In this document: positions 40,001 to 52,876 of the stretch, in pieces
Numbering within the stretch: position 1 is the stretch's first letter
How the letters are laid out: each line of letters begins with the position of its first letter
Assembly: GCF_044704955.1 (NCBI RefSeq)
Contig: NC_091995.1
Coordinates: forward strand, 47,182,001 to 47,246,000
Direction of reading: 5' to 3'
DNA length: 64,000 bases
From: Pristiophorus japonicus
Taxonomy: Eukaryota
Notes under the pieces: model-generated
Seen by the model: only the letters and a program-made list of their open reading frames with translations
Told to the model about the DNA's origin: nothing
Database searches by the model: none
Made by a program: the position numbers and the translations under genes

Positions 40001-40278
40001 TGTAGATGGTCTTCGGGTGGGGGAGAAGATGTCTTCACCTGGGACAGCTGGAGCCACCCAGGCACACACTCCCAACGATGTTAAATAGGTGATTAATAGT
40101 TCTTCAGCCAGGTAGCTCCAGCTATCCCAGGCTAGGCAATGGGGGAGGGGTGCTTCAGTGGTGTGTGGGGCCTAGCTGTAAGCAAGACCCCCACACACAC
40201 TTCCACACACACACACACCCCGCGATGTTCCGGCCCTCTAGCAAGTCTTCTTTCCTCCCCCCACCGATACAACAAAGT

Positions 40279-40878
40279 CTTTTGTAGGCCTCTCCGACAT
40301 CTCGCTCCGCCTCCAGACTCACCACGCCACTCCCTCCGACTGATGAGCCTTTTGTAGGCATCTCCGACATCCCACTCCGCCTCCAGACTCACCGCGCCAC
40401 CTCCTCGAGTGATGAGCCTTTTGTAGGCCTCTCCGACATCCCACTCCGCCTCCAGACTCACTGCACCACCTCCTCGAGTGATGAACCTTTTGTAGGCCTC
40501 TCCGACATCCAACTCTGCCTCCAGACTCACCGCGCCACCTCCTCGAGTGATGAGCCTTTTGTAGGCCTCTCCGACATCCCACTCCGCCTCCAGACTCACC
40601 GAGCCACCTCCTCGAGTGATGAGCCTTTTGTAGGCCTCTCCGACATCCCGCTCCGCCTCCAGACTCACCGAGCCACCTCCTCGAGTGATGAGCCTTTTGT
40701 AGGCCTCTCTGACATCCCGCTCCGCCTCCAGACTCACCGCGCCACTCCCTCCAACTGATGAGCCTTTTGTCGGCCTCTCTGACATCCCACTCCGCCTCCC
40801 GACTCACAACGCTGCTCCCTCCGACTGATGGGCCTTTTGTAAGCCTCTCCGACGTCCCGCTTCGCCTCGCAACTCACC
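40279..40878 (-). repeat. 69-bp tandem monomer array at the Tx1 5' end (~8.5 copies)
   Basis: Unit CTCCAGACTCACCGCGCCACCTCCTCGAGTGATGAGCCTTTTGTAGGCCTCTCCGACATCCCACTCCGC; period 69 (40381 to 40450). Confidence 0.9.
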
Positions 40879-40880
40879 AG

Positions 40881-43330
40881 CAATGGTACGATTTATTTAA
40901 TATTGCCTCTCCTCATTCTTCCCACCAAAATGTATCGCTTCTGTGCATCACATTTTATCTGCCATGTGTCTTCCCATTACACCAGTCTGTGTGTGCTCCA
41001 GAAGCCTGATACTATCCTTCTCATTGTTCACTACATTTCCCAGTTTCGTATCATCTGCAGACTTTAAAATTATGCCCCATAAACCCATGTCTATATCAGT
41101 AATACAGATCAGAAAGAGCAGTGGGCCTAATACAGTCCCCTGGGGGACGTCACTGTATACTTCCGTCCAGTCTGAAAAGCATCATAACTCTCTGATTTCT
41201 CTCCCTTTGATTATTTTGTATCCATGTTGACACTGTGCCTATAATCTCACGGACATTAATTTCACTAACAAGTTTTTTCGAGGGTAAATATAGCCACATC
41301 AACTGCACACACCTAATCAACCCTCTCCAATAATTTCTCAAAGAAATTGATCAAGTAAGTCCAACACGATGTGCCTTTAATAAATCCGTGCTGCCTTTCA
41401 TTTATTAGCCCAGACGTTTGCAAACACAATTTAATGTTGTCACAGATTGTTGTCTCTAAAAGTTTACCCATCAGCAACCTTAGGCTGACCGGCCTGTAGT
41501 TGCTAGGCTTATCCTTCTTCTAAACAGGAGTGTAGCATTTGCAATCTTCCACTACTCTGGCACATATCTAAAGACTGTGGTCAGAGCCTCCGCAATTTCC
41601 ACCCTTACTTCCTCAGTAACATAGGATCATCCCACCTGGACCAGGTGAGTTTTCTAATTTGAGGACAGGCAATATTTTAATTATCTCATCTTTATCCATT
41701 TTCATCCTTTCAAATAGCACTACTGCCTCCTCCTTTGTTGCTACATTGGAGGCATCATCTTCTCCAGTGAAGACAGGTGCAAAGTATTCATTTATTTGCT
41801 CAAGTATACATTTCGCCAAAAGAACATCTCATTTTTGGTCTGTTCCTGTGACAACCCTTTTCATCGTTATATGTTTAGAAAATGCTTTTATATTCTCTTT
41901 TATGTTAGTTGTTAATCTATTCTCATGCTCTCCCCTTGCCCTTCTTATTCCTTATTTACATTTTCTCTGTACTATCTGTATCCAGCTTCATAAGCTCCTT
42001 TTTCTGTCTGATTTTAATCTCCCTATATATATTCACCCAGGGAGCTCTAGCTTTGGATGCCCTTTCTTTCCCCCTCGAGAGAATGTGTATAATCTGTACC
42101 CGAACCCATTCCCTCTTTTAAGGCCTACCAATGTTCAATTAGTGTTTTGCCAGCAAATGTTTGATTCCAATCCACTTGGGCGAGATCCCTTTTCAACTCA
42201 CTGAGGTTAGCCCTCCTCCAGTTAATTATTTTTATGCTTGATTGTTCTTTGTCCTTTTCCATAACTATTCAAAACCATGATATTATGTCACTGATCCCCC
42301 ACTGAAACATGCTCCACTTGTCCCACTTCACTCCACAGAACTAGATCCAGAACTGCTTTCTTCCTCGTTGGGCTGGAAACACACTGATCAAAAAAGTTAT
42401 ATTCTTCATATTTCATGAATTCCCACCACCATCTCGCCGTTTACTCTGTTGCTATCCCAGTCTTTTCTAGAGAAATTGAATCCCCCATTACCCGCTCTGT
42501 AGTTCTTTCACCTTTCTGTAGGATGTCTGCAAATGTTCTCTTCAATCACTTTACCACGCCTACAGTATAAGCCCAATAGCATAATAGGTCATGTATTGTT
42601 TCTTAACGCTAACCCAATAGATTCAGTCTTTGACCCCTTAACTAAATCACCCCGCCCAATACTACAATAATTACGTTGATGAGGACTGCTACCCCTCCTT
42701 TTTTTCCTTCTCTACCTTTCTTGAATCCCATGTGGTGACTTGTGCCTGAAGTTCACCAACCTTGTGTAAGAATCTACGTTCATTGACACACATATACTGC
42801 AAACCCACCTTAGACTGCCTGGCATTTGCCCGATCTGATCCTTCCTATTTCTGAACTACTCTTTACTCTCATGCTACTTGTCTCTCCCAATCCTCTGTGC
42901 ACCTTGTTTTTCTCCTCTAATGTTTCATCCAGGTGCCCATCCTCCTGCCAACTTAGTTTAAACCCTGTGCCACAGAACTAGTTATACTTCCCACGACGAT
43001 ATTGGTCCCAGCATTGTTGAGGTGCAATCCATCCACCTTTACCATGTCCCTCCTGCCCCAGAACTGGTTCCATTGCCTCCCAGAATCTGAAGTCCTCCCT
43101 CCAGCACCATTCCTGTTGCAATGTGTTAACCTATGTTATACTACGCTTCCTATAGTCACTAGTACTGTGGTACTGGAGGAATCCAGAGACCATTACCTTT
43201 TGGGTGCTGCTTTTTCTTTCCTCCTAAGCTTCTGAAACTCTGACTGCAGGACCTCAACTCTTTTCTTTCCTGTGTCGTTGATTCCCTCATGGACCACTAC
43301 ATCTGGCTGCTCCCCTTCCCCACACAAAAT
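40881..43330 (-). mobile_element. Old, heavily decayed CR1 lacking its 3' end
   Basis: Residual NEYFAPVFT and SPGPGG motifs plus RT and EN remnants; many indels. Confidence 0.75.
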
Positions 43331-43339
43331 GTGCTGCAT

Positions 43340-43860
43340 TCTCTCAGTGATGTACCCGCCTTGGTTCCACAACCGTTAATAACCTTGCGTGACAAAAATC
43401 TATCCATCTCGGTTTTGTCATTTTCAATTGACCCCCAGCCTCAACAGTTTTTTGGGGAAGAGATTCCAGATTTTCATAAACCTTCATCTGAAGAAATGCT
43501 TTCTGATTATCGGCCCTGAATGGCCTGGCTCTAATTTTAAATTGATGCCACTTTGTTCTCGACTCCCCACCAGGTGCAACTGTTTATCTCTAGCTACCCT
43601 GTCAAACCTTCAACACCTCCGTGAGATCAGCCCTTAATATTTTATAGTCAAGGGAACAAAGACCTAGTCTACATAACCTGTCCTCAGAATGTAACCCATT
43701 TTTCTTCGGTATTATTCCGGAGAGTCTGCATTGCACCCCCACCAAGGCCAAGATATCCTTTCTGAGGTGCTGTGCCCAGAGGTGAACGCAATACACCAGA
43801 TGGTGTCTAACCAGAGCTCTGTACGGCTGTAACATAATTTCCACCCCTTTTTGTTCCATC
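43340..43860 (-). mobile_element. Old CR1 3' fragment
   Basis: ORF 43602-43859 (YRALVRHHLVYCVHLW...KDILAL). Confidence 0.75.
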
Positions 43861-43890
43861 CCTGTTGACAGAAAGGATTCGGAAGCACAG

Positions 43891-46800
43891 TTCCACTAGC
43901 TAGTGAGTACAGAAATAAGAAGATAGAGCAGATGAATACATGGCTGGAGAGTTGGTGCAGGAGGGAGGGCTTTAGTTTCCTGAGGCATTGGAACAGCTTC
44001 TGGGGGAGGTGGGACCTGTACAAGCCGGACGAGTTGTACCTCAACTGAGCCGGGACTAATATCCTCATGGGGAGCCGGGGGGGGTGGGTGCGGGGTTGCT
44101 AGTGCTGTTGAAGAGGGATTAAGCTAACTTGGCAGGGGGATGGGAACCTGAAAATAGATTCAGTAGGGAGGAGAGTAAAGCTAGAATTAGAAAGCAAAAA
44201 TAAAGAAAGTGAGTTTGAAGGAGAGAGGAAACAAGCAGCAAAAAAGGATAAAAAAAATAAATTTAAAGGCACTTTGTCTAAATGCACGTAGCATTTGTAA
44301 AAAAAATAGATGAGTTGACGACACAAATTGAGACAAATGGGTATGATCTGATAGTCATTACAGAGACGTGGTTGCAAGGTGACCAGGGCTGAGAATTAAA
44401 TATTTAGGGGTACTTGACAATCCGGAAGGACAGACAGAAAAGAAAAGGAGGTGGGATAGCTCTATTGATAAAGGATGGAATCACTGCAATAGTAAGAAAT
44501 GATATTGGCTCAAATGATCTGGATGTTGAAACAGTTTGGGTAGAGATAAGGAACAATAAGGGGAAAAAGTCACTAGTGGGGGTAGTCTATAGGCCCGTAA
44601 CAGTAGCAACTCTGTTGGTCAGAGCTTAAACCAGGAAATAGTGGGGGCTTGTAAAAAGGGAACAGCAATAATCATGAGTGATTTTAACTTCCATATTGAT
44701 TGGATAAATCAAATTAGTCAGGGTAACCTTGAGGAAGAGTTCATAGAATGCATAATGGATGGGTTCCTTGAGCTGTATGTAATGGAACCAACCAGGGGCA
44801 GGCTATCTTAGATCTGGTCATGTGTAACGAGACAGGATTAATGAACAATCTTCTAGTAAAGGATCTGCTTGGAATGAGTGATCATAGCATGATTGAATTT
44901 CAAATTCAGATGGAGGGTGAGAAAGTTGGATCTCAAACCAGCGTACTAAGCTTAAATAAAGGAGGCTATGAAGGTATGAGGGCAGAATTGGGCAAGGTGG
45001 ACTGGGAAAAGAGCTGAAAATGTAGGACAGTTGATGGTGTACATTTAAAGAGATATTTCACAACTCTCAAGAAAAGTATATTCCAGTGAGGAGGAAAGGG
45101 TGCAAGAGAAAAGATAACTAAAGAAATAAAGGACGGTATCCAATTAAAAACAAGGGCATACAAATTGGCCAAAACTAGTGGGAGATCAGAAGACTGGGAA
45201 GCTTTTAAAAGCCAGCAAAGAACGACTAAATAAATGATTAAGAAAGGGAAGCTAGACTATGAAAGTAAACTAGCACAAAATATAAAAACAGATAGCAAGA
45301 GTTTCTATAGGTATATATAAAGGGAAAGAGTAGCTAAAGTAAATGTTGGTCCCTTAGAGGACAAGACCGTGGAATTAGTAATGGGGAACATGGGGAAAGC
45401 AGAAACTCTGAAGAAATATTTTGTATCAGTCTTTACGGTAGAGGACACTAACAATATTCTGACAGTCAAGGGGTTATAGCGGGGAGGAACTTAACACAAT
45501 CACAATCACTAAGGCGGTGGTACTCAGTAGGATAATGGGACTAAAGGCAGGTAAATCCCCTGTACCTGATAGCTTGCATCCTAGGGCCTTAAGCGAAGTA
45601 GCAGCAGGGATGGTGGATGCATTGGTTGTAATTTACCAACATTTCCTGGATTCTGGGGAGATTCCAGCAGATTGGAAAACTGCAAATGTAATGCACCTAT
45701 TTAAAAAAGGAGGCAGGAAAAAGCAGGAAACTATAGACCAGTTAGCCTAACATCTGTTGTTGGGAAAATGTTGGAGTCCACCATTAAAGAAGCAGTAGCA
45801 GGACATTTGGGAAAGCAAAATTCAGTCAGGCAGAGTCAGCATGGATTTATGAAGGGGAAGGCATAGAAACATAGAAACATAGAAAATAGGTGCAGGAGTA
45901 GGCCATTTGGCCCTTGGAGCCTGCACCACCATTCTATAAGATCATGGTTGATCATTCGCCTCAGTACCCCTTTCCTGCTTTCTCTCCATACCCCTTGATC
46001 CCTTTAGCTGTAAGGGCCATATCTAACTCCCTCTTGAATATATCTAACAAACTGGCATCAACAACTCTCTGCGGTAGAGAATTCTACAGGTTAAAATCTC
46101 TCTGAGTGAAGAAGTTTCTCCTCATCTTGGTCCTAAATGGCTTAAACCTTATCCTTCGACAGTGACCCCCTGGTTCTGGACTCCCCCAACATCGGGAACA
46201 TTCTTCCTGCATCTAACCTGTCCAATCCCGTGAGAATTTTATATGTTTCTATGAGATCCCCTCTCATTCTTCTAAACTCAGTGAATACAGGCCCAGTTGA
46301 TCCAGTCTCTCTTCACATGTCAGTCCTGGTCATCCCGGGAATCAGCCTGGTGAACTTTCGCTGCACTCCCTCAATAGCAAGAATGCTCTTCCTCAGATTA
46401 GGAGACAAAAACTGAACACAATATTCCAGGTGAGGCCTCACCAAGGCCCTGTACAGCTGCAATAAGACCTCCCTGCCCCTATACTCAAATCCCCTAACTA
46501 TGAAGGCCAACCAACGTACCATTTGCCTTCTTCACCGCCTGCTGCACCTGCATGCCAACCTTCAATGACTGATGTACCATGACACCCAGTTCTCACTGCA
46601 CCTCCTCATTTTCCTAATCTTCCGCCATTCAGATAATATTCTGCCTTCATGTTTTTACCACCAACATAGAAAACCTCACATTTATCCAAATTATATTGCA
46701 TCTGCCATGCATTTGCCCACTCACCTAACCTGGCCAAGTCACCCTGCAGCCTCTTAGCATCCTCCTCACAGCTCACACCGCCACCCAGCTTAGTGTCATC

Positions 46801-48400
46801 TGCAAACTTGGAGATATTACTCTCAATTCCTTCATCTAAATCATTGATGTATATTGTAAATAGCTGAGGTCCCAGCACTGAGCCCTGCAGCACCCCACTA
46901 GTCACTGCCTGCTATTCTGAAAAGGACCCATTTATCCCGACTCTCAGCTTCCTGTCTGACAACCAGTTCTCTACCACGTTAGTACATTACCCCCAATACC
47001 ATGTGCTTTAATTTTGCACATCAATCTCTTGTGTGGGACTTGTCAAAAGCATTTTGAAAGTCTAAATACACCACATCCACTGGTTCTCCCTTGTCCACTC
47101 TACGAGTTACATCCTCAAAAAATTCTCGTTTGATAAATTTGCTGGAATTTCTTGAGGATGTAACAAACAGGGTGGATAAAGGGGAACCAGTGGATGTGGT
47201 GTATTTGGACTTACAGGACGCATTTGACAAGGTGCCACATAAAAGGTTACTGCACAAGATACAATTTCACGAGGTTGGGGGTAATATATTAGCATGGATA
47301 TAGGATTGGCTAACTAACAGAGAACAGAGAGTCGGGATAAATGGTTCATTCTCTGGTTGGCAACCAGTAACTAGTGGGGTGCCGCAGGGATCAGTGCTGG
47401 GACCCCAACTATTTACAATCTATATTAACGAATTGGAAGAAGGGACTGAGTGTAACATAGCCAAGTTTGCTGATGATATAAAGATGGGAGGAAAAGCAAT
47501 GTGTGAGAAGGACACAAAAAATCTGCAAAAGGACATAGACAGGCTCAATGAGTGGGCAAAAATTTGGCAGATGTAGTATAATGTCGGAAAGTAGGTCATG
47601 CATTTTGGCAGAAAAAAAATCAAAGAGCAAGTTACTATTTAAGTGGAGAAAGATTGCAAAATGCCGCAGTACAGTGGGACCTGGGGATACTTGTGCATGA
47701 AACACAAAAGGATAATATGCAGCTACAGAAAGTGATCAGGAAGGCCAATGAAATCTTGGCTTTTATTGCAAAGGGGATGGAGGTTTAAAGCAGGGAAGTC
47801 TTGCTACAGCTATATAAGGTATTGGTGAGGCCACACCTGGAATACTGGGTGTAGTTTTGGTTTCCATATTAACGAAAGGATATACTTGCATTGGAGGCAG
47901 TTCAGAGAAGGTTCACTCGGTTGATTCCGGGGATGAGTGGGTTGACTTATGAGGAAAGATTGAGTAGGTTGGGCCTCTACTCATTGTAATTCAGAAGAAT
48001 GAGAGGTGATCTTAGAAAGATTATGAGGGGGCTTGACAAGGTGGATGCAGAAAGGATGTTCCACTGATAGGGGAGACTAGAACTAGAGGGCATAATCTTA
48101 GAATAATGGGCCGTCCATTTAAAACAGAGATGAGGAGAAATTTCTTTTCTCAGAGGGTTGTAAATCTGTGGAATTCGCTGCCTCAGAGGGCTCTGGAAGC
48201 TGTGACATTGAATAAATTTAAAACATAAATGGACAGTTTCTTAAACGATAAGGGGATAAGCGGTTATGTGGATTGGGTGGGGAATTGGAGCTGAGTTCAT
48301 GATCAGATCAGCCATGATCTGATTGAATGGCGGAGCAGGCTCGAGGGGCTGTATGACAGACTCCTGCTCCTATTTCTTATGTTCTTGTGTTCTTATGTTT
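43891..48400 (+). mobile_element. CR1 LINE (ORF1 C-terminus, EN, RT, (TTCTTATG)n tail), split by nested CR1 45862-47127
   Basis: WLESWCRREGF ORF1 remnant, EN and RT fragments; host resumes at 47128; tail 48371-48400. Confidence 0.92.
45862..47127 (-). mobile_element. 5'-truncated CR1 nested antisense in a CR1
   Basis: Tail (CATAGAAA)n at 45862; RT fragments 46313-47126. Confidence 0.93.
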
Positions 48401-48989
48401 ATTCTGAAACCTGCTCAGGTCGTGCAGTTTTGCAGAATGGTGTTTAACAAGGCCTTAACAGGGCGAACATAATTTAATCACAAATTGTGAATCCTGCAGT
48501 CAACAGCAAAGATACTGTCATCCCATTAAATTGGACTGAATATCAACTGAGAACTTTGGGATGAAATAAACAATTGTAACACTCACTTCCTGCATAAATA
48601 GATTTGTATTTCATAACGTAACTTATGGCCATTTTCTGCATAAGATTCTACAGGGAGGATCTGAAAACCACAAAACAACACAATACAATCAACTTGGACT
48701 CAGTACTTTGAACAGTCACAACCCAGATAAACGTTTTTATGATACAGTGCTATCAGTCAATGTATTGGTTTTGTTGATCAGGGCCCACCTAATGGCACTG
48801 ATTAACCAATCTGGCTGTTAGATGTTGTACCTGGAAACCTTTACCCCACTGTGATATTTGCTTGACAGAAACGTGGAATTGTTTGCATTTTCTTACCCAA
48901 ATAAAGTAACTTCTAACATTAAATTTACATGCTGAATCTTAAAAGTTTAGAATTTAAATAAAAACCAGTTCCATTTGAATCCAGGAACA

Positions 48990-50850
48990 ACTTTTTCACA
49001 TAAAGTATTGTGCGAATGTGGAACACTGTGCCCAGAACTAACCCTATCAGCAAAGCCTTCTTTTCCATCATCCCTCATGGATTTATTTAGCTTCCCCTTT
49101 AAGGCTCCAATGCTATTCACCGCATCTACTTCATGTGGCAGCAAGTTCCACATTCTAACCACCTTTTGGGTAAAAATGTTTTCCTGAATGCTTTACTGGA
49201 TTTACAACTGCCTATCCTATTTTTATGGGCCCTCGGTTTGGAATTCTCCACAAGTGGAAACATCTATACCTCATCTACCCCAAAAAAACCTCTTTGTAAT
49301 TTTAAAGACCTCTATCAGGTCACCCCTCAGCTTTCTCTTTTCTAGAGAAAAGAGCCCCAGCCTGTTCAGTCTTTGCTGATAGTAATAACCTCTCAGTTTT
49401 GGAATCAATCTTCTAAATCATTTTTGCAGCTTCTCCAGTGCCTCTATATCCGATTTGTAATATGGAGGCCAGAAGTGTACGTAGTATTCTCTGTGTGATC
49501 GAACCAAGGTTCTGTACAAGTTTAACATAACTTCCCTGTTTTTTGATTCTATTCCTCTCGAAATGAACCCCAGTGCTTTGTTCGCATTTTGTGGCCTTAT
49601 AAACTTGTGTTGCTACTTTTAATGATTCGGAGAACACCTTTGTCGAAGCATACAAGAGTATGGGCCTTACAGTAAACATCCGTAAGACAAAGTTTCTCTA
49701 CCAACCTGCCCCCGTCAAAAAGTACTGTCCATGATTATCAAGATTCATGACGAGGCCTTGGACAACGTGGACCATTTTCCGTACCTCGGGAGCTTACTGT
49801 CAAAAAGGGCAGGCGTCGATGACGAAGGCCAACACTGCCTTCAGTGTGTCAGGTCAGCCTTCGGTCGCCTGAGGAAGAGAGTGTTTGAAGATCAGGAACA
49901 CAAACCCAGCATCAAGCTCATGGTCTACAGAGCAGTAGTGATATCCACCATCCTATATGTTTTAGAGACATGCACTTTGTACAGCAGGCACCTCAAAGCA
50001 CTGGAGAAGTACCACCAACGATGCCTCAGCAAGATCTTGCAAATCCATTGGCAGGATAGACGCACCAACGTCAGTGTTCTCTCTCAGGCCAACATCCCCA
50101 GCATTGAAACATTGACAACGCTCGATTATCTCCCATGGTCGGGCCACATTGCCTACATGTCCGATACGAGACTCCCAAAAGAAGTGCTGTACTCAGAGCT
50201 CCGACAAGGCAAGCGAGTCCCAGGTGGGCAGAGGAGACGCTTCAAGGACACCCTCAACGCCTCCTTGAAAAAGTGCACCATCCCCACCAACACCTGGGAA
50301 ACCCTGGCCCAAGACCACTCAAAGTGGAGGAGAAGCATCCGGGATATCGCCGAACACCTCGAGTCTCTTCACTGGGTACACACGGAAACCAAGCGCAAAC
50401 AGCGGAAGGAAAGCACAACAACCCAAGCACCCCACCCACCCATCCCTTCAACCACCATCTACCCGACCTGTGACAGGAACTGTAGGTCCCGCATTGAACT
50501 CATCAGTCACCTGAGAGCTCATATTAGTGTGGAAGCAAGTCATCCTCGACTCCGAGGGACTGCCTAAGAAGAAGAATAAAGTTTGCCCCTATTTCCTCGA
50601 CCAAGTTACACTCTTACTTATTCCTCCTACCAGAATGCACCACCTCACATCTATATCGAAATTCAGATGCCATTTACATTCACATTCTGCAAGTTTATTA
50701 ACAGCTTCCTGTATTGCAGTCTTCCTCAGTAATAACTATACTCCCCAATTTGATGTCAGCCACAAATTTAGAAATTGTACAAATCGTTTATGTATATTGT
50801 GAACAACAGTGGTCCCAGAGCGATCCCAGTGGAACATCACTTCACACCTT
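48990..50850 (-). mobile_element. Old CR1 3' region interrupted by an RTE LINE
   Basis: VRMWNLLP remnant (~49140-49162) and RT remnants on both sides of the RTE. Confidence 0.65.
49628..50578 (+). mobile_element. RTE-clade LINE, 5'-truncated
   Basis: ORF 49731-50567 (VDHFPYLGS, AFGRLRKRVF, RLPKEVLYSEL, GGQRRRFKDTL, degenerate C2H2 finger); (AAG)n tail. Confidence 0.92.
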
Positions 50851-50964
50851 CCGCCAGAGAGAGTGGATGGGGAGGGAGGGGACAGAGTGGAGGGAGGGAT
50901 GCCGATTCACCATCATTGGTTTTATACCTTCGCTCGGAGGCAAAATGACCTGGGGAGTGTAAAT

Positions 50965-51720
50965 CAGGAGCGAAGGCCTGATCTGTACAAACGTGGCGTC
51001 CTATTTGACCCTGAGATGAGCTTCCCACCACATATCTACATCATCAATAAGACTGCCTGCTGCCACCTTCACAACATTGCCCAACTCCTCCTATGCCTCA
51101 GCCCATCTGCTGCTGAACACAATCTCCACGTTTGTTAACTGTAGTTTTGACTATTCAAATGCTCTCCTTGCCGGCCTTCCATTCTCCACCCAACATAAAA
51201 TGAGCTTGTGCAATATGCTGCTGTTCGTATTGCAACTCGCACCTAGTCACGTTTACCCATCACCCTGTGCTTGCTGATCTACATTGCCTTCCGGTCTGGC
51301 AACACCTCAATTTTAAAATGATCATCCTTGCTTTCAAATTCAGCCCTACAACCGCGTCCCCTCACCCATCCCTCCCACCCCTCCCCCACCCGCCACCTAC
51401 TGCCCACCTCCAGAGATCTCTGTGCTCCTCCAATTCTGGCCTCTCGAGAATCTCTGATTTTAATCTCTCCACCATTGATGGCTATGCTTTCAGCTGCTTA
51501 GGCCCGAAACTCTGGAATTCCCTCCATAAACCTTTCAGCCTCTCTACCTCTCACTCCTCCTTTAAGGCACTCCATAAAACCTACCACTTTGACCAAGCTT
51601 TTAGTCACCTGTCCTAATATCTGCTCCCGTGGCTTGGTGTTAAAGTTTGGTTGATGATATTCCTGTGAAGTGCCTTGGGACGTTTTACTACATTGAAGGC
51701 GCTACATAAATGCAAGTTGT
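50965..51720 (+). mobile_element. L2-clade LINE 3' fragment
   Basis: GVLFD..SF..HI, DYSNALLAGLP, LHCLPV and AFS..GPKLWNSL motifs; ends AAATGCAAGTTGT. Confidence 0.85.
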
Positions 51721-52129
51721 GGAAGTTTTTGTTGAAAGGCGAGCAAAGTGGAGATTGCTTGTTTCAATGTCTGGTCAGGCTTGACCATAGATTCCAGCTT
51801 TTTTTTCACTCTTTGCTGCATTGCAGATTTTGTGTGAAAATACGTGGGAGTGTGGTTCTGCCAGTCCTGAATGTAATTATATTCACTGATGTTACGCCCT
51901 CACCAACACCACCTGCAGAGTAAGTGAGTGTAAGACAGGCTTGCTGTGGGTTCGAGTTATTAAAAAACACTGAACTACAGGCTCTGGAACACATTCCAGG
52001 TACTGTTTCTTTTCCCTTTTCTCTCAATTCTCCCCCAGTCCATTAAGAAAGGCATTGTGCTGTACTGGAGCAGGTTTGCCTTATTCTCACAGCGCTCAGT
52101 GGTTTCACCCATGTTGGCCACTCTTTAAC

Positions 52130-52876
52130 CCTGGGCTTTAGATAGTCGGCATTCTGGGGCTATTCCACCTTGATGGGCAATATTACAGGCCGCCTTTGTC
52201 CTAACTATGGGCTTTAAATAGGGGGCATTGTGAGGTTATTCCACCACGGGAGGCATTATTACAGGGCGTATTTGTCCTAACTGTGGACTTTCGATAGTGG
52301 GCATTCTGGGGTTATTCCACCGCGGGAGGCATTATTACAGGGCACCTTTGTCCTAATTGTGGGCTTTAGATAGCGGGCATTCTGAGGCTATTCCACCACG
52401 GGGGGCAATATTACAGGGCGTCTTTGTCCTAACTGTGGGCTTTAGATAGTGGGCAATGTGAGGCTATTCCACCATGGAAGGGCATTATTACAGGGCGCCT
52501 TTGTCCTAACTGTGGGCTTTAGATAATGGGCATTCTGGGGCTATTCTACCGCGGGGGTCATTACTACAGGGTGTCTTTGTCCTAGCTGTGGGCTTTAGAT
52601 TGTGGGCATTGTGAGGCTATTCCACCGTGGGAGGCATTATTACAAGCCACTTTTGTCCTAACCGTGGGCTTTAGAGAGTGGGCATTCTGGGGCTATTCCA
52701 CTGTGGGGGGGGGGGGCATTATTACAGGATGTCTTCGTCCTAACTGTGGGCTTTAGATAGTGGGCATTCTGCAGCTATTCCACCGCGGTGGTCATTACTA
52801 CAGGGTGTCTTTGTCCTAACTGTGGGCTTTAGATAGTGGGCATTCTGAGGCTATTCCAGCATATTATTACAGGGCA
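52130..52876. repeat. 76-bp minisatellite (~10 copies)
   Basis: Unit GGGCTTTAGATAGTGGGCATTCTGGGGCTATTCCACCGCGGGAGGCATTATTACAGGGCGCCTTTGTCCTAACTGT; period 76 (52279, 52355, 52431). Confidence 0.92.

Larger units (their letters stand above)
32116..40880 (-). mobile_element. Near full-length Tx1-clade (L1-group) non-LTR retrotransposon, frameshifted, interrupted by CR1
   Basis: ORF1 39659-37556 (TYAQAA, KHGVK, VILSNVPPF, CHAC..HVRKNC knuckle). ORF2 ~37530-32371: EN (ASLNING, LQETH, GDFN, SDHH), RT (WRPVSLL, DQEKAFDRV, GVRQGCP, AYADD) and C-terminal CxxC-H-C. GC/CpG-rich; A-rich 3'UTR. Confidence 0.93.

Noticed and set aside
34106-40807. Many overlapping GC-rich ORFs as novel genes
   Set aside because: Alternate-frame or antisense shadows of Tx1 ORF1/ORF2 and the 69-bp array.
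32116-40880. Bacterial contamination or horizontal transfer suggested by high GC
   Set aside because: Domain content is a vertebrate Tx1-clade LINE with host CR1 nested inside; GC alone is not evidence of transfer.
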